Below are positions 49,579-58,267 of a stretch of 64,000 bases of DNA, one piece after another (within the stretch, counting starts at the first letter, position 1; every line of letters begins with the position of its first letter). The DNA is from a virus (Duplodnaviria > Caudoviricetes): the IMG/VR virus record IMGVR_UViG_3300033074_000216, positions 1 to 64,000 of that record, one strand, 5' to 3'. A program made the position numbers and the translations under genes. The notes beneath the pieces were generated by a model that worked only from the letters and a program-made list of their open reading frames with translations, was not told the origin of the DNA and did not search any database.

Positions 49579-49713
49579 ATGGGTAAATCTAAATCTCGAA
49601 ACGGAGATATAGTTAAAGCTTTCAAGAAAGAGATTAATCTTTCAACTCAGACTATTAAAAGTCAAAAACAATACTCTCGAAAAGTTAAACACAAACTTAA
49701 CTTCTCAGAGTAA
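49579..49713 (+). CDS. 44-aa basic peptide, ArfA-like tail (not in ORF track)
   Basis: SD; ...TIKSQKQYSRKVKHK. Confidence 0.4.
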   Translation: MGKSKSRNGDIVKAFKKEINLSTQTIKSQKQYSRKVKHKLNFSE

Positions 49714-49715
49714 TT

Positions 49716-49792
49716 GCCGGATTAGCTCACTTTGGTAGAGCAACTGATTTGTAATCAGTAGGTAGCAAGTTCGATTCTTGCATCCGGCACCA
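49716..49792 (+). tRNA. tRNA-Thr(TGT)
   Basis: full cloverleaf, CCA. Confidence 0.95.
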
Positions 49793-49800
49793 TTTATAAC

Positions 49801-49875
49801 GATCCTATAGTATAGCTGTTAGTCCTCCCGCCTGTCACGTGGGTAGCTCGAGTTCGAATCTCGATAGGATCGCCA
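49801..49875 (+). tRNA. tRNA-Asp(GTC)
   Basis: loop CTGTCAC, G73, CCA; weak D stem. Confidence 0.85.
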
Positions 49876-49878
49876 ATA

Positions 49879-49951
49879 GGAACTTCGTATAATTGCGATT
49901 ACGCAGAATCGTAAGTCTGTATGTCAGTTGGAATCTGACAGTTCCGTTCCA
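49879..49951 (+). pseudogene. pseudo-tRNA
   Basis: GGAACT/AGTTCC acceptor, 16-nt anticodon arm, TTGGAAT T loop. Confidence 0.55.
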
Positions 49952-49955
49952 TTCT

Positions 49956-50041
49956 GGAAGATTATGTTAGTGGTAAACAAGCAGTTTGCTAAACTGTCGC
50001 CTCTTACGGGGTCGAAGGTTCGAGTCCTACTTGGGGAGCCA
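49956..50041 (+). pseudogene. chimeric tRNA-Ser(GCT) with a foreign 3' end
   Basis: Ser body; acceptor strands GGAAGAT and TTGGGGA do not pair. Confidence 0.65.
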
Positions 50042-50138
50042 TTTATACAATCAAGGATAGGATTGTACACTGATTAGCTGTATCAGCGATCACATAGAAG
50101 TGTCCTTATATGAAACTAATTAATAATTAATTTATTAA

Positions 50139-50213
50139 GCCTCGTTAGATTATCGGTTAGATCAAATGGTTTTCATCCATTAGAGAGCGGTTCAACTCCG
50201 CTACGAGGTACCA
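50139..50213 (+). tRNA. tRNA-Glu(TTC)
   Basis: cloverleaf, loop TTTTCAT, CCA. Confidence 0.9.
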
Positions 50214-50219
50214 ATATAT

Positions 50220-50343
50220 ACCGAAAGCATGGGTAGATCCCCATTAGATATAGGAGCCTTGCAAATGGGCTGTTAACGTTATGCACACTATGAGAGTATT
50301 AGTGAAAGTACTCACTCAGGTTTGATTCCTGACTTCGGAACCA
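50220..50343 (+). ncRNA. expanded tRNA-like RNA with CCA
   Basis: CCGAA/TTCGG acceptor, TCAGG-TTTGATT-CCTGA T arm, extra hairpins. Confidence 0.45.
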
Positions 50344-50353
50344 TTTTATTATA

Positions 50354-50411
50354 CTGCTTGCCATGGGAGCCGTTCCTAGGTATCACGAGAGGTTCGAGTC
50401 CTCTAAGCAGC
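50354..50411 (+). ncRNA. mini tRNA-like RNA (acceptor plus T arm)
   Basis: CTGCTT/AAGCAG, AGAGG-TTCGAGT-CCTCT, no D or anticodon arm. Confidence 0.45.
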
Positions 50412-50495
50412 TTCCCTATTAAGTTAGGATAATTTACTCAGACTACATTACGATCTGCAAGATTGGTACCTATTTAGGCTTGTAGTCGAGTCTTC

Positions 50496-50572
50496 GGGGT
50501 ATTAGCTCATTTGGGCAGAGCGCTTGGTTTGCAACCAAGAGGTAGTCAGTTCAATCCTGACATACTCCACCA
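50496..50572 (+). tRNA. tRNA-Ala(TGC)
   Basis: cloverleaf, G3:U70 pair, CCA. Confidence 0.95.
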
Positions 50573-50595
50573 TTAACTTAATATTAGGACTAATT

Positions 50596-50826
50596 ATGTC
50601 ACAAGAAAGACAAACTATTACAATTGATGAAGTAGCTTTTTACTTAGACTCATTAGATGATGAATCAAAAAATCTTATACAAAATATCAATATCATAAAT
50701 GCAGAAGTTGAACATATCCAAATCAAACTTCAAATTGCTAAAATTGCTTATGATACATTATTAGCAAACTTAAAAGCAAAAACTGGATCATTTGAACCAG
50801 TACCTCAAACAGAACCTAGTAAATAA
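50596..50826 (+). CDS. small coiled-coil protein
   Basis: SD-preceded ATG at 50596 (the track start lies inside the tRNA). Confidence 0.6.
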   Translation: MSQERQTITIDEVAFYLDSLDDESKNLIQNINIINAEVEHIQIKLQIAKIAYDTLLANLKAKTGSFEPVPQTEPSK

Positions 50827-50902
50827 CTAGGTCTCTCAAAGTATATTAATAATTTTATTAAGTAACATTACTAATATATTTATCTTACATTAGGAGTTCC
50901 CT

Positions 50903-51610
50903 ATGAAAAAAATACTTTCAACTCTACAAAAATACAAATCTTACATAGAATCACAAGGCTACTACGTATATGCAGTTATGCTTAAAGGTTCACAAAACTA
51001 CAATCTATCAGACTCCGAGTCAGACATCGATGCAAACGCAATCCTTATCCCAACTCCATCTCAAATAAGATACGACGATAAACCTAAATTCAAATTTGAT
51101 GAAGGTGAAGTTACTTGTCACAATATCTACTCATTCGCCGAAATAGTATCTAAAGGTAATCCTCAATGGATAGAAGTATGTAATACTCCTTATCACATAG
51201 GTGGCTCATTAGATATGTTCAAAGAATTCAAAGTTAATCCATCTGCCTTAAAAGGTATGATAATGGAGAAATTCGTAGCATTCGATAAACTATATCCTTC
51301 AAGAGAAGTATACGTTAAGAAATTCGGATACGATCCAAAACAACTTCACCATATAATAAGACTTTACGATGTTCTTAAACTAAATGTTAATACTTACTCA
51401 TACCCAGATGGTCCAGAACGAGACTACATGATGGATATAAAACGAGGTAGATTCCCAAAAACTAAAGAAGAAGCATTTGCTTTGCGAGACTCTTATATCG
51501 ATAAAATAGCTGAAATCTATGATGATCGTAAATTAGCTTATAAACCTCAACCTATAGACTATCCAAGACTAGATAAAATAGTATTAGATTTCTATAAAAC
51601 TCTACCATGA
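50903..51610 (+). CDS. Pol-beta-superfamily nucleotidyltransferase (RlaP/Nuc-transf-like)
   Basis: GSQNYNL...SDID, KGNPQWIE, KQLHHIIRL. Confidence 0.75.
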   Translation: MKKILSTLQKYKSYIESQGYYVYAVMLKGSQNYNLSDSESDIDANAILIPTPSQIRYDDKPKFKFDEGEVTCHNIYSFAEIVSKGNPQWIEVCNTPYHIGGSLDMFKEFKVNPSALKGMIMEKFVAFDKLYPSREVYVKKFGYDPKQLHHIIRLYDVLKLNVNTYSYPDGPERDYMMDIKRGRFPKTKEEAFALRDSYIDKIAEIYDDRKLAYKPQPIDYPRLDKIVLDFYKTLP

Positions 51611-51819
51611 CACTCAAAGAGAAAGTCAAAGCAACTATCGAAACCTTACCATCTCTCGATGATGATACATTAGTTTACTACTACAAGTGTTCATTAGGTC
51701 GAAGTGCTGACTACAAACCACTTATCAAAGCCATCGAGCTTGAACGAAAATCCAGAAACAAATCCATTAAGGAGCTTGACGATGAGTCAACAATCTCTAC
51801 TGGAACAAGCGAGACATGA
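51607..51819 (+). CDS. hypothetical protein
   Basis: coupled ORF. Confidence 0.5.
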   Translation: MTLKEKVKATIETLPSLDDDTLVYYYKCSLGRSADYKPLIKAIELERKSRNKSIKELDDESTISTGTSET

Positions 51820-54046
51820 GTTAGAACAACTTGGAGCATTCAAAAACGAACTGCCTCCAATTGTCGATCTCTTAGTTAAAGCTATTCCCATAAACACAAT
51901 CCCAGACCGTATGAAACTTATCATATCTATCTCAGAAATGATTTCATTTGCTTCTCAATTCAGACGTAACATCTGGCATTGGGATGGCTTCGAATTACCA
52001 ATCAATGCAACTTCTTTCGTTATCGCCGGCTCAGGTGATGGTAAAGACTCAGCTGTTAAAGCTGTTCGAAGATGCTTTGCAGTTGCTACATCTAACATCG
52101 CCGAAGAACGTAAAACTCTAGCTAAGAAACTAGCTATCGCTGCCGCTTCAGAAGCTGGTGAAACTCCTCCATACGAATTCGAGAATTACAAGAAGTTCTA
52201 TACTCCACCTCCACCAACATTAATCGCTCCAACTACACCTCAAGGTCTTATTCAACATCTCAATGACATCGCAGACCTACCATTAGGTGCTGGTTCAATC
52301 TATGCTGGTGAGTTAGGTGACGAACTTGCTACTAATGCCAACATGCTTGAGATAGTTAAAATCATAGCTGAAGTATTCGATACTGGTGATAAAGAATCAG
52401 TATACACTAAAGGTAAAGAATTCCGTTCTAAGGAAATCTCTGCTATGCCACTATCAGCTTTATTCGTTGGTTCTCCAAAGTACATCCTTTACGATTATTC
52501 AGTTAAAAAGAAATTCTTAATCGCTTTCGAATCTAAATTAGCTAGACGTTCATTCTTCTGTTACATTCCTAAACCTTTACCTAAAGTAGACAATATCTCT
52601 CTTATCGAAGCAACTAAACAGGAAAGACAACTTTCAGTTCAAGCTAACATCTTTAAAGAACAAATCTCTGACGGTGTAGTTAAAGTTGCTAACTTCCATA
52701 TGAGAAAAGGTAACGAACTAATTCAAATCGCAGACGAAGTACAAGACTTATTCAACATATACAAACTTTATAATGATAGGGTTTCAGATACAATCAATCA
52801 CAAGTATCCATTATCAAAGTTAGTTAGAAAACACCTTCAGTGGAAATCCTTAAAACTAGCAGGTGCTTTCGCTATATTAGAAGAATCAGATACTATCGAA
52901 ATCGAACACTACATCTCAGCAATTAGATTCTGTGAACAATTAGACTCAGACATGTTAATCTTCGAACAAGACTTATTCAAAGAACAATACGAAGTATTTT
53001 CAGACTATATGCAAACTAATGCTACAGACGGTAAGATGTCTTTCACTCTTCATGAGTTAAGAAAGTCAGGCTACATCTCTGCACAAGGTGGCCCATTAGC
53101 TAAGATGAAAGAATTAACTCATTTAGCCTCATCATACGATCCAGAAGGCATTTATACCTATGACAATGATGGTGTATACTATGAGAAAATCATAAAAGTT
53201 GATGGACTTACTCTATCATATCTTCCAGTTGATAATTCTAAAATCGAGAAAGCTGTAGCTTCAGGAAACGAAGTTGCAATCGCTAAAGAGAAAGAACTAG
53301 TTGCCAAATCTGCAGTTTCAGGGTACATTCCAGTTACTGTACACTTTGCAGACTTAGCTGATATGCTAGTTTCAGACAACGCATACTCTCCATTCTTATT
53401 CAAAGACAACACTCGTGGTAAAGACAACATCATATCTGGTGCGAAATTCATTGTCCTAGACATTGATAAATCTAACATCACTTATACGGAAGCTCATTAT
53501 ATCCTTCAAGATATCAATCACCACATCGTCCAAACTAGTAATAAGAACAACCCATTTAAGTTCAGAATCTTAATCGAATTAGATTCAGTAGTTGAAGTTA
53601 ATGGAATGTTATGGAAACATTTCTATACATCTATAGCTAAATCTTTATCGTTTACTGTAGATGTTCTTCCTCAATCTCAAATCTTCTATTCATACACAGA
53701 CAGAGAAATCTTATCTGTTACAGACAAGTCTCCAATCGAAGTTAGAGATCATCTAATGTTAGCTCACGATAAAGTTACTGAGAAACCTTCATTAACTGAG
53801 AAAGCTCTAACATCTAGTCAAAAGCTAGCTTTATTAGATGACGAACTAACAACATTTAGTTATGCATTCGAATGTAAAGAAAACGGCTCTCTTAACATGC
53901 TTAAAGCAGCTAAACACGCTAGAGACTTAGGTTTACCTAAAGACGAGATCATCGAGTTACTCTATCGTATTAATGCTTACTGGGTTTACCCTTTAGATGA
54001 ATCTAGATTACAATCTACATTAATATCTCAAATCGAGAGGTGGTAA
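51782..54046 (+). CDS. primase-like replication protein (N4 gp43-like)
   Basis: N-terminal P-loop-like GSGDGKDS; C-terminal VLDIDK, HHIVQTS, KFRIL AEP-like motifs; SD-ATG at 51782. Confidence 0.6.
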   Translation: MSQQSLLEQARHELEQLGAFKNELPPIVDLLVKAIPINTIPDRMKLIISISEMISFASQFRRNIWHWDGFELPINATSFVIAGSGDGKDSAVKAVRRCFAVATSNIAEERKTLAKKLAIAAASEAGETPPYEFENYKKFYTPPPPTLIAPTTPQGLIQHLNDIADLPLGAGSIYAGELGDELATNANMLEIVKIIAEVFDTGDKESVYTKGKEFRSKEISAMPLSALFVGSPKYILYDYSVKKKFLIAFESKLARRSFFCYIPKPLPKVDNISLIEATKQERQLSVQANIFKEQISDGVVKVANFHMRKGNELIQIADEVQDLFNIYKLYNDRVSDTINHKYPLSKLVRKHLQWKSLKLAGAFAILEESDTIEIEHYISAIRFCEQLDSDMLIFEQDLFKEQYEVFSDYMQTNATDGKMSFTLHELRKSGYISAQGGPLAKMKELTHLASSYDPEGIYTYDNDGVYYEKIIKVDGLTLSYLPVDNSKIEKAVASGNEVAIAKEKELVAKSAVSGYIPVTVHFADLADMLVSDNAYSPFLFKDNTRGKDNIISGAKFIVLDIDKSNITYTEAHYILQDINHHIVQTSNKNNPFKFRILIELDSVVEVNGMLWKHFYTSIAKSLSFTVDVLPQSQIFYSYTDREILSVTDKSPIEVRDHLMLAHDKVTEKPSLTEKALTSSQKLALLDDELTTFSYAFECKENGSLNMLKAAKHARDLGLPKDEIIELLYRINAYWVYPLDESRLQSTLISQIERW

Positions 54047-54048
54047 TC

Positions 54049-54735
54049 ATGAAAACTTTAGTTATCGGAGACATTCATGGTATGTTTCAAGAACTTAAAG
54101 CTCTATTAGCTCAAGTAGGCCCAGTCGATGAGATCATCTCTTGTGGAGACATCATCGATAGAGGTCCTCAATCAGCAGACGTTATCCAATTCTGTCAAGA
54201 GAACAACATCAAAGTCTGTCTAGGAAACCATGAATTAATGGCAATCGAAGCTCTAGAGAACTACTTAGACCCAACAGTTACAACATTCAAACGTCTAGAA
54301 CTACACAGCTCAGACTGGTGGTCAAATGGTGGAGACAAAGTATTCCATCAAATCGAAGACAAGCTTCCTGAGACATTAGTTTACTTTAAGTCATTACCAT
54401 TATTCATTATGACTGAGCATACTAAAGACAATTTACCAATCGTTGTATCTCATTCATTAATAACTAGATGTTTACACGACTTCTCTAAACCTTTGGATTA
54501 CACCTCTCCTATCGCTGACTATGCTCTGTGGAATCGTCAAATTCCTATGTCTAGTCCATACTTTAATATCCACGGTCATACTCCAACTGATTATTTTGGT
54601 TTAACAAACATTCCATACCAATCAAACTTCCATCTAAACATCGACACTGGTGCTTGTTACAACACTAACACTAGAGGAAAACTAACAGCAGTATTACTTC
54701 CAGATTTTAAAATCTATCAGCAGGAGAGACTATGA
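54049..54735 (+). CDS. calcineurin-like phosphoesterase (PPP type)
   Basis: GDIHG, GDIIDRG, LGNHE, HGHT, IDTG. Confidence 0.9.
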   Translation: MKTLVIGDIHGMFQELKALLAQVGPVDEIISCGDIIDRGPQSADVIQFCQENNIKVCLGNHELMAIEALENYLDPTVTTFKRLELHSSDWWSNGGDKVFHQIEDKLPETLVYFKSLPLFIMTEHTKDNLPIVVSHSLITRCLHDFSKPLDYTSPIADYALWNRQIPMSSPYFNIHGHTPTDYFGLTNIPYQSNFHLNIDTGACYNTNTRGKLTAVLLPDFKIYQQERL

Positions 54736-55376
54736 AAATCGTATGCATTTCAGATACTCATCATAAACATAAATACATTAATCCTTTAGACCTCCAAGAC
54801 GCAGACATGATTATCCATGCAGGTGACTTCACATCTAATGGTAATCAAGCTCAAACAATAACATTCCTTAAATGGTATGAGTCATTACCTATTAAACACA
54901 AAATCCTAATCGCAGGTAATCATGACTTCTACTGTTGTTCTGATACATTCCAATATCTATTAACACAGCATGCTCCAAGCGTCAAGTACCTTTTCAATGA
55001 ATCAATCGTAATCGAAGGATTCAAAATCTGGGGATCTCCATACTCTAATACTTTCGGTCACTGGGCATTTATGAAAGACGACCTAGACTTAGCTACAATC
55101 TGGGACACAATCCCTGATGATACAGACATAGTCGTAACTCATGGTCCAGCCTATAGAATAGCTGATAAAGTTCTTAATCATGATGGTCGAGATCCTAATG
55201 TAGGTTCACCAGCTCTCAGAACTAAGTTATCAGAACTTCCTAAGCTAAAACTTCACGTTACTGGTCACATTCATGAAGCTGCAGGACTCTATTTCGAGCA
55301 CTACGTTACTATTAACGCATCAATCTGTGACCTAAACTATGTCCCATTTAATAAACCTATTTCGGTAATCCTATGA
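54732..55376 (+). CDS. metallophosphoesterase
   Basis: SDTH, HAGD, AGNHD, VTHGP, GHIHE. Confidence 0.9.
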   Translation: MKIVCISDTHHKHKYINPLDLQDADMIIHAGDFTSNGNQAQTITFLKWYESLPIKHKILIAGNHDFYCCSDTFQYLLTQHAPSVKYLFNESIVIEGFKIWGSPYSNTFGHWAFMKDDLDLATIWDTIPDDTDIVVTHGPAYRIADKVLNHDGRDPNVGSPALRTKLSELPKLKLHVTGHIHEAAGLYFEHYVTINASICDLNYVPFNKPISVIL

Positions 55377-55531
55377 CTTTAGCAGAATACATTAAGTCTA
55401 TTGAAGACGATATTCTCACTCTAGAGGAGTACGAGGCAAGAACAGGACCATTAGATTGTTGTGATAATCGAGAATTAGAAGTTCTTAATATCCTATTAGT
55501 TTCTTTAAGGAGTATCACATCACTAGATTAG
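55373..55531 (+). CDS. 52-aa hypothetical protein (not in ORF track)
   Basis: ATGA overlap with the upstream stop; MTLAEYIKSIEDD... Confidence 0.45.
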   Translation: MTLAEYIKSIEDDILTLEEYEARTGPLDCCDNRELEVLNILLVSLRSITSLD

Positions 55532-56418
55532 ATTATATCCCAGGCTCATCAATAACGCCTCCAGACGCATTTACAATCTCTCCCTCATCGCTAGGTAAAT
55601 TCTTTGACGACCCACATTTATGGTACCGTGAGTACGTATTAGGTCAAAGAGAATTTGACTCTACCACATCAACTGTCTTAGGTACAATCGTACATTTCTG
55701 TGGCGAAGAATTCATTAAGACTAAGTCAGTTGATAAACTTGAAATTTTTAAATATTTATATTCTTTAACTCATACAACTCAATGTCCATTTCTTAATTTA
55801 GATCAAGCTGAAAATTACTTCAGCTCATTCACTCATCCTCATTATGATATTCAACATATCTTATCTCAGTATAAACCTATGGGTAATTGTCTTATCAAAT
55901 ACCTATCAGAATTACCAAAATTCAAACTAAACCAAGCTGTTTCAGAACAAATGGTAGCTGCGGAAATCATTCCAGGCTACTACGTTTCTGGTTCATGCGA
56001 TCTTCAAATCGGTCCAGACATCTACGATTACAAAACGACTTCAAGTCTATCTGCTCCATCCTCTGTTAATTATGGTTATCGATTACAACTATTAGCTTAT
56101 GCTTATGCTCTAATCAAATCCGGAGTACAGATAAACTCAGCCTCTATAATCTGGGTAACTACAAATCAAGTTAACCGATTCAATGAAAAAGGAAAACCTT
56201 TAGCTGATTACCCGGCAACCTGTTCAGTATCTCAGACAATGACTATTGATGAGCAATCTCTTAATTTCATAGAGAGTATACTGAAGCTTGTTGCCGAAAC
56301 TGTTCAGTTCGTGAAAGCTAATCCTCAGTATGCATACATTGCATTCAGAGACTACAGACTTAAACTATCTGAACTTCCTCAAATCCCATTCACAAAGGCC
56401 CTCAATGTCAGCAGTTAA
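55519..56418 (+). CDS. PD-(D/E)xK exonuclease (RecB/Cas4-like), apparent non-AUG start
   Basis: frame open from 55489; ISPSSL...WYREYVLG, LGTIVH, GSCDL, YDYKT, QLLAY. Confidence 0.7.
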   Translation: MTRLDYIPGSSITPPDAFTISPSSLGKFFDDPHLWYREYVLGQREFDSTTSTVLGTIVHFCGEEFIKTKSVDKLEIFKYLYSLTHTTQCPFLNLDQAENYFSSFTHPHYDIQHILSQYKPMGNCLIKYLSELPKFKLNQAVSEQMVAAEIIPGYYVSGSCDLQIGPDIYDYKTTSSLSAPSSVNYGYRLQLLAYAYALIKSGVQINSASIIWVTTNQVNRFNEKGKPLADYPATCSVSQTMTIDEQSLNFIESILKLVAETVQFVKANPQYAYIAFRDYRLKLSELPQIPFTKALNVSS

Positions 56419-57070
56419 ACTATTAATCGCAGGACAAAGTAACTCAGGAAAGACTACTCTCTTAAAGTCACTTGAAGATGCTTATGTTCTATCACACGAT
56501 GGAAAGAAATTCCCATTCCCAATTCCTCACACAAATGTGCCAACATTTGACTCAGTAGCTCAATTAACAGAGTTAATGACTACTAAAATCCAAGCGTATC
56601 AAGAAGCTAAAGGTGACTTACCTAAAACGGTAGTTATCGACACAGTATCTAAAATCTTCGATACAATTTACGACAACTGTAATAAGAAATATACAGGTTT
56701 CAAAATCTACTCAGAAATAGACTTAGAAATCAAAGCATTCACAGACTACGTACAAAACATGTTAGTAGAAAACGGAATGAATGTTATATTACTATCTCAT
56801 GCAATCTATGATTCAGAAACATCTAGCTACAACCTAGTTGGAAAAGGATCATTCTTAAAAAGAGGTGGATTCTTAGCAGAAGTTGACTTTTCTTCTTTTT
56901 TAGAATTAAAAAACAACAAACGATATGTTCACCACAGATCAACGAAATTCCCAGCTAGAACACTATTAGAATCTGCTCCAGACTCTTCATTAGTTGACGA
57001 ATTTAATCTTCAAGAATACATCGACCAAATTGCCGAAATCAATTCAGCAGTTGAAACTTTCGAATTATAA
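56405..57070 (+). CDS. Sak4-like AAA_24 ATPase/recombinase
   Basis: AGQSNSGKT, VVIDT, LSHA. Confidence 0.8.
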   Translation: MSAVKLLIAGQSNSGKTTLLKSLEDAYVLSHDGKKFPFPIPHTNVPTFDSVAQLTELMTTKIQAYQEAKGDLPKTVVIDTVSKIFDTIYDNCNKKYTGFKIYSEIDLEIKAFTDYVQNMLVENGMNVILLSHAIYDSETSSYNLVGKGSFLKRGGFLAEVDFSSFLELKNNKRYVHHRSTKFPARTLLESAPDSSLVDEFNLQEYIDQIAEINSAVETFEL

Positions 57071-57094
57071 TAAATCACCACAGGACTCATCACC

Positions 57095-57748
57095 ATGTCA
57101 TTCATCAAAGTAAACACATCAGAAGACGTTGTAAAAGAAAGTAAAGGAGGAGGTTCTTACTTATCTAAGTCAGGAATCTACCCAATTACTATCAAATTTG
57201 CATCTGTTACTGTAAACGAACACAATGCTAGAAGTATCGACTTCAACGTTGACTATAACGGAAACTCTTCTACATTATACGGTCTAAAATTAGACAACAA
57301 CGACGGTAGCGAAAACTACATGTACCCAATCTTCAACAACTTATGTATCATCGCTGGTTTAGAAAACGTTAACGAGCCAGAAGAACAAGAACACGAAGTT
57401 GGTAAAGACAAAGAAGTTAAATCATTTATGGTTTTAGATGACTTAACAGGATTAGAATGTTTTGTTAGAGTACAACAAGAATACTCTAAATACAATAACG
57501 AAATCAAATCTAGATTAGTTATCAAATCATTCTACAGAGCTGACGAAGCTAACGCATTCGAAATCATCAAAGGTGAAAACTTTGGTACTCAGTTCAAAAA
57601 AGACCAAGCATACGCTGACAAAATCACTTACAAAGATGGTTTAACAGCTGAAGAAGTATCTGCTTGGGAAGAAGCTAAGAAATCTGGTAAACCAGCAGTT
57701 AAACCAACTACTCAAACTCCAGTTAAATCAAACGCATTCAGAAGATAA
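57095..57748 (+). CDS. putative single-stranded DNA-binding protein
   Basis: position after Sak4 as in N4-like phages; beta-rich with flexible tail. Confidence 0.55.
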   Translation: MSFIKVNTSEDVVKESKGGGSYLSKSGIYPITIKFASVTVNEHNARSIDFNVDYNGNSSTLYGLKLDNNDGSENYMYPIFNNLCIIAGLENVNEPEEQEHEVGKDKEVKSFMVLDDLTGLECFVRVQQEYSKYNNEIKSRLVIKSFYRADEANAFEIIKGENFGTQFKKDQAYADKITYKDGLTAEEVSAWEEAKKSGKPAVKPTTQTPVKSNAFRR

Positions 57749-57757
57749 TTCTTCTTA

Positions 57758-58267
57758 ATGCATAGGAAACATATGCAAGTTTTATTCACATCAGATTTAC
57801 ACTTAGGTCACAAAGCAATCGCCAAGTACAGACCTATATTTGACTCCGCAGAGAGTCATGACGAATTCATACTATCTATGATTGAAGCTCTACCAAAACG
57901 AACAATCCTGTACGTCCTTGGGGACTTCTTATTTGATGGCCCTCATTTTGAATTTTACCTAATGAGACTATCTTCATACAAGTGTGAAATTCGAGTAGTT
58001 CCTGGAAACCACGACTCTAAACTATTATACAATCAGACAATCGCTCCGAATGTTAAAGTAGAGTTACCTCTATTTAACTATAAAGGTTTTTGGGTGTCTC
58101 ATTGCCCAATCCATCCTCACGAAATGAGAAATCGTAATGGAAACATTCACGGTCACTTACACAGTGAGGTACTTCCAGATCCAAAATACATCAATGTAAA
58201 TCTTGATGTTAATGATTTTCAGTTCGTACCCCTAGCAGATATAATGGCACGAGGGGGCAGCAAATGA
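57758..58267 (+). CDS. metallophosphoesterase
   Basis: SDLHLGH, LGD, PGNHD, SHCPIH, HGHLH. Confidence 0.9.
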   Translation: MHRKHMQVLFTSDLHLGHKAIAKYRPIFDSAESHDEFILSMIEALPKRTILYVLGDFLFDGPHFEFYLMRLSSYKCEIRVVPGNHDSKLLYNQTIAPNVKVELPLFNYKGFWVSHCPIHPHEMRNRNGNIHGHLHSEVLPDPKYINVNLDVNDFQFVPLADIMARGGSK

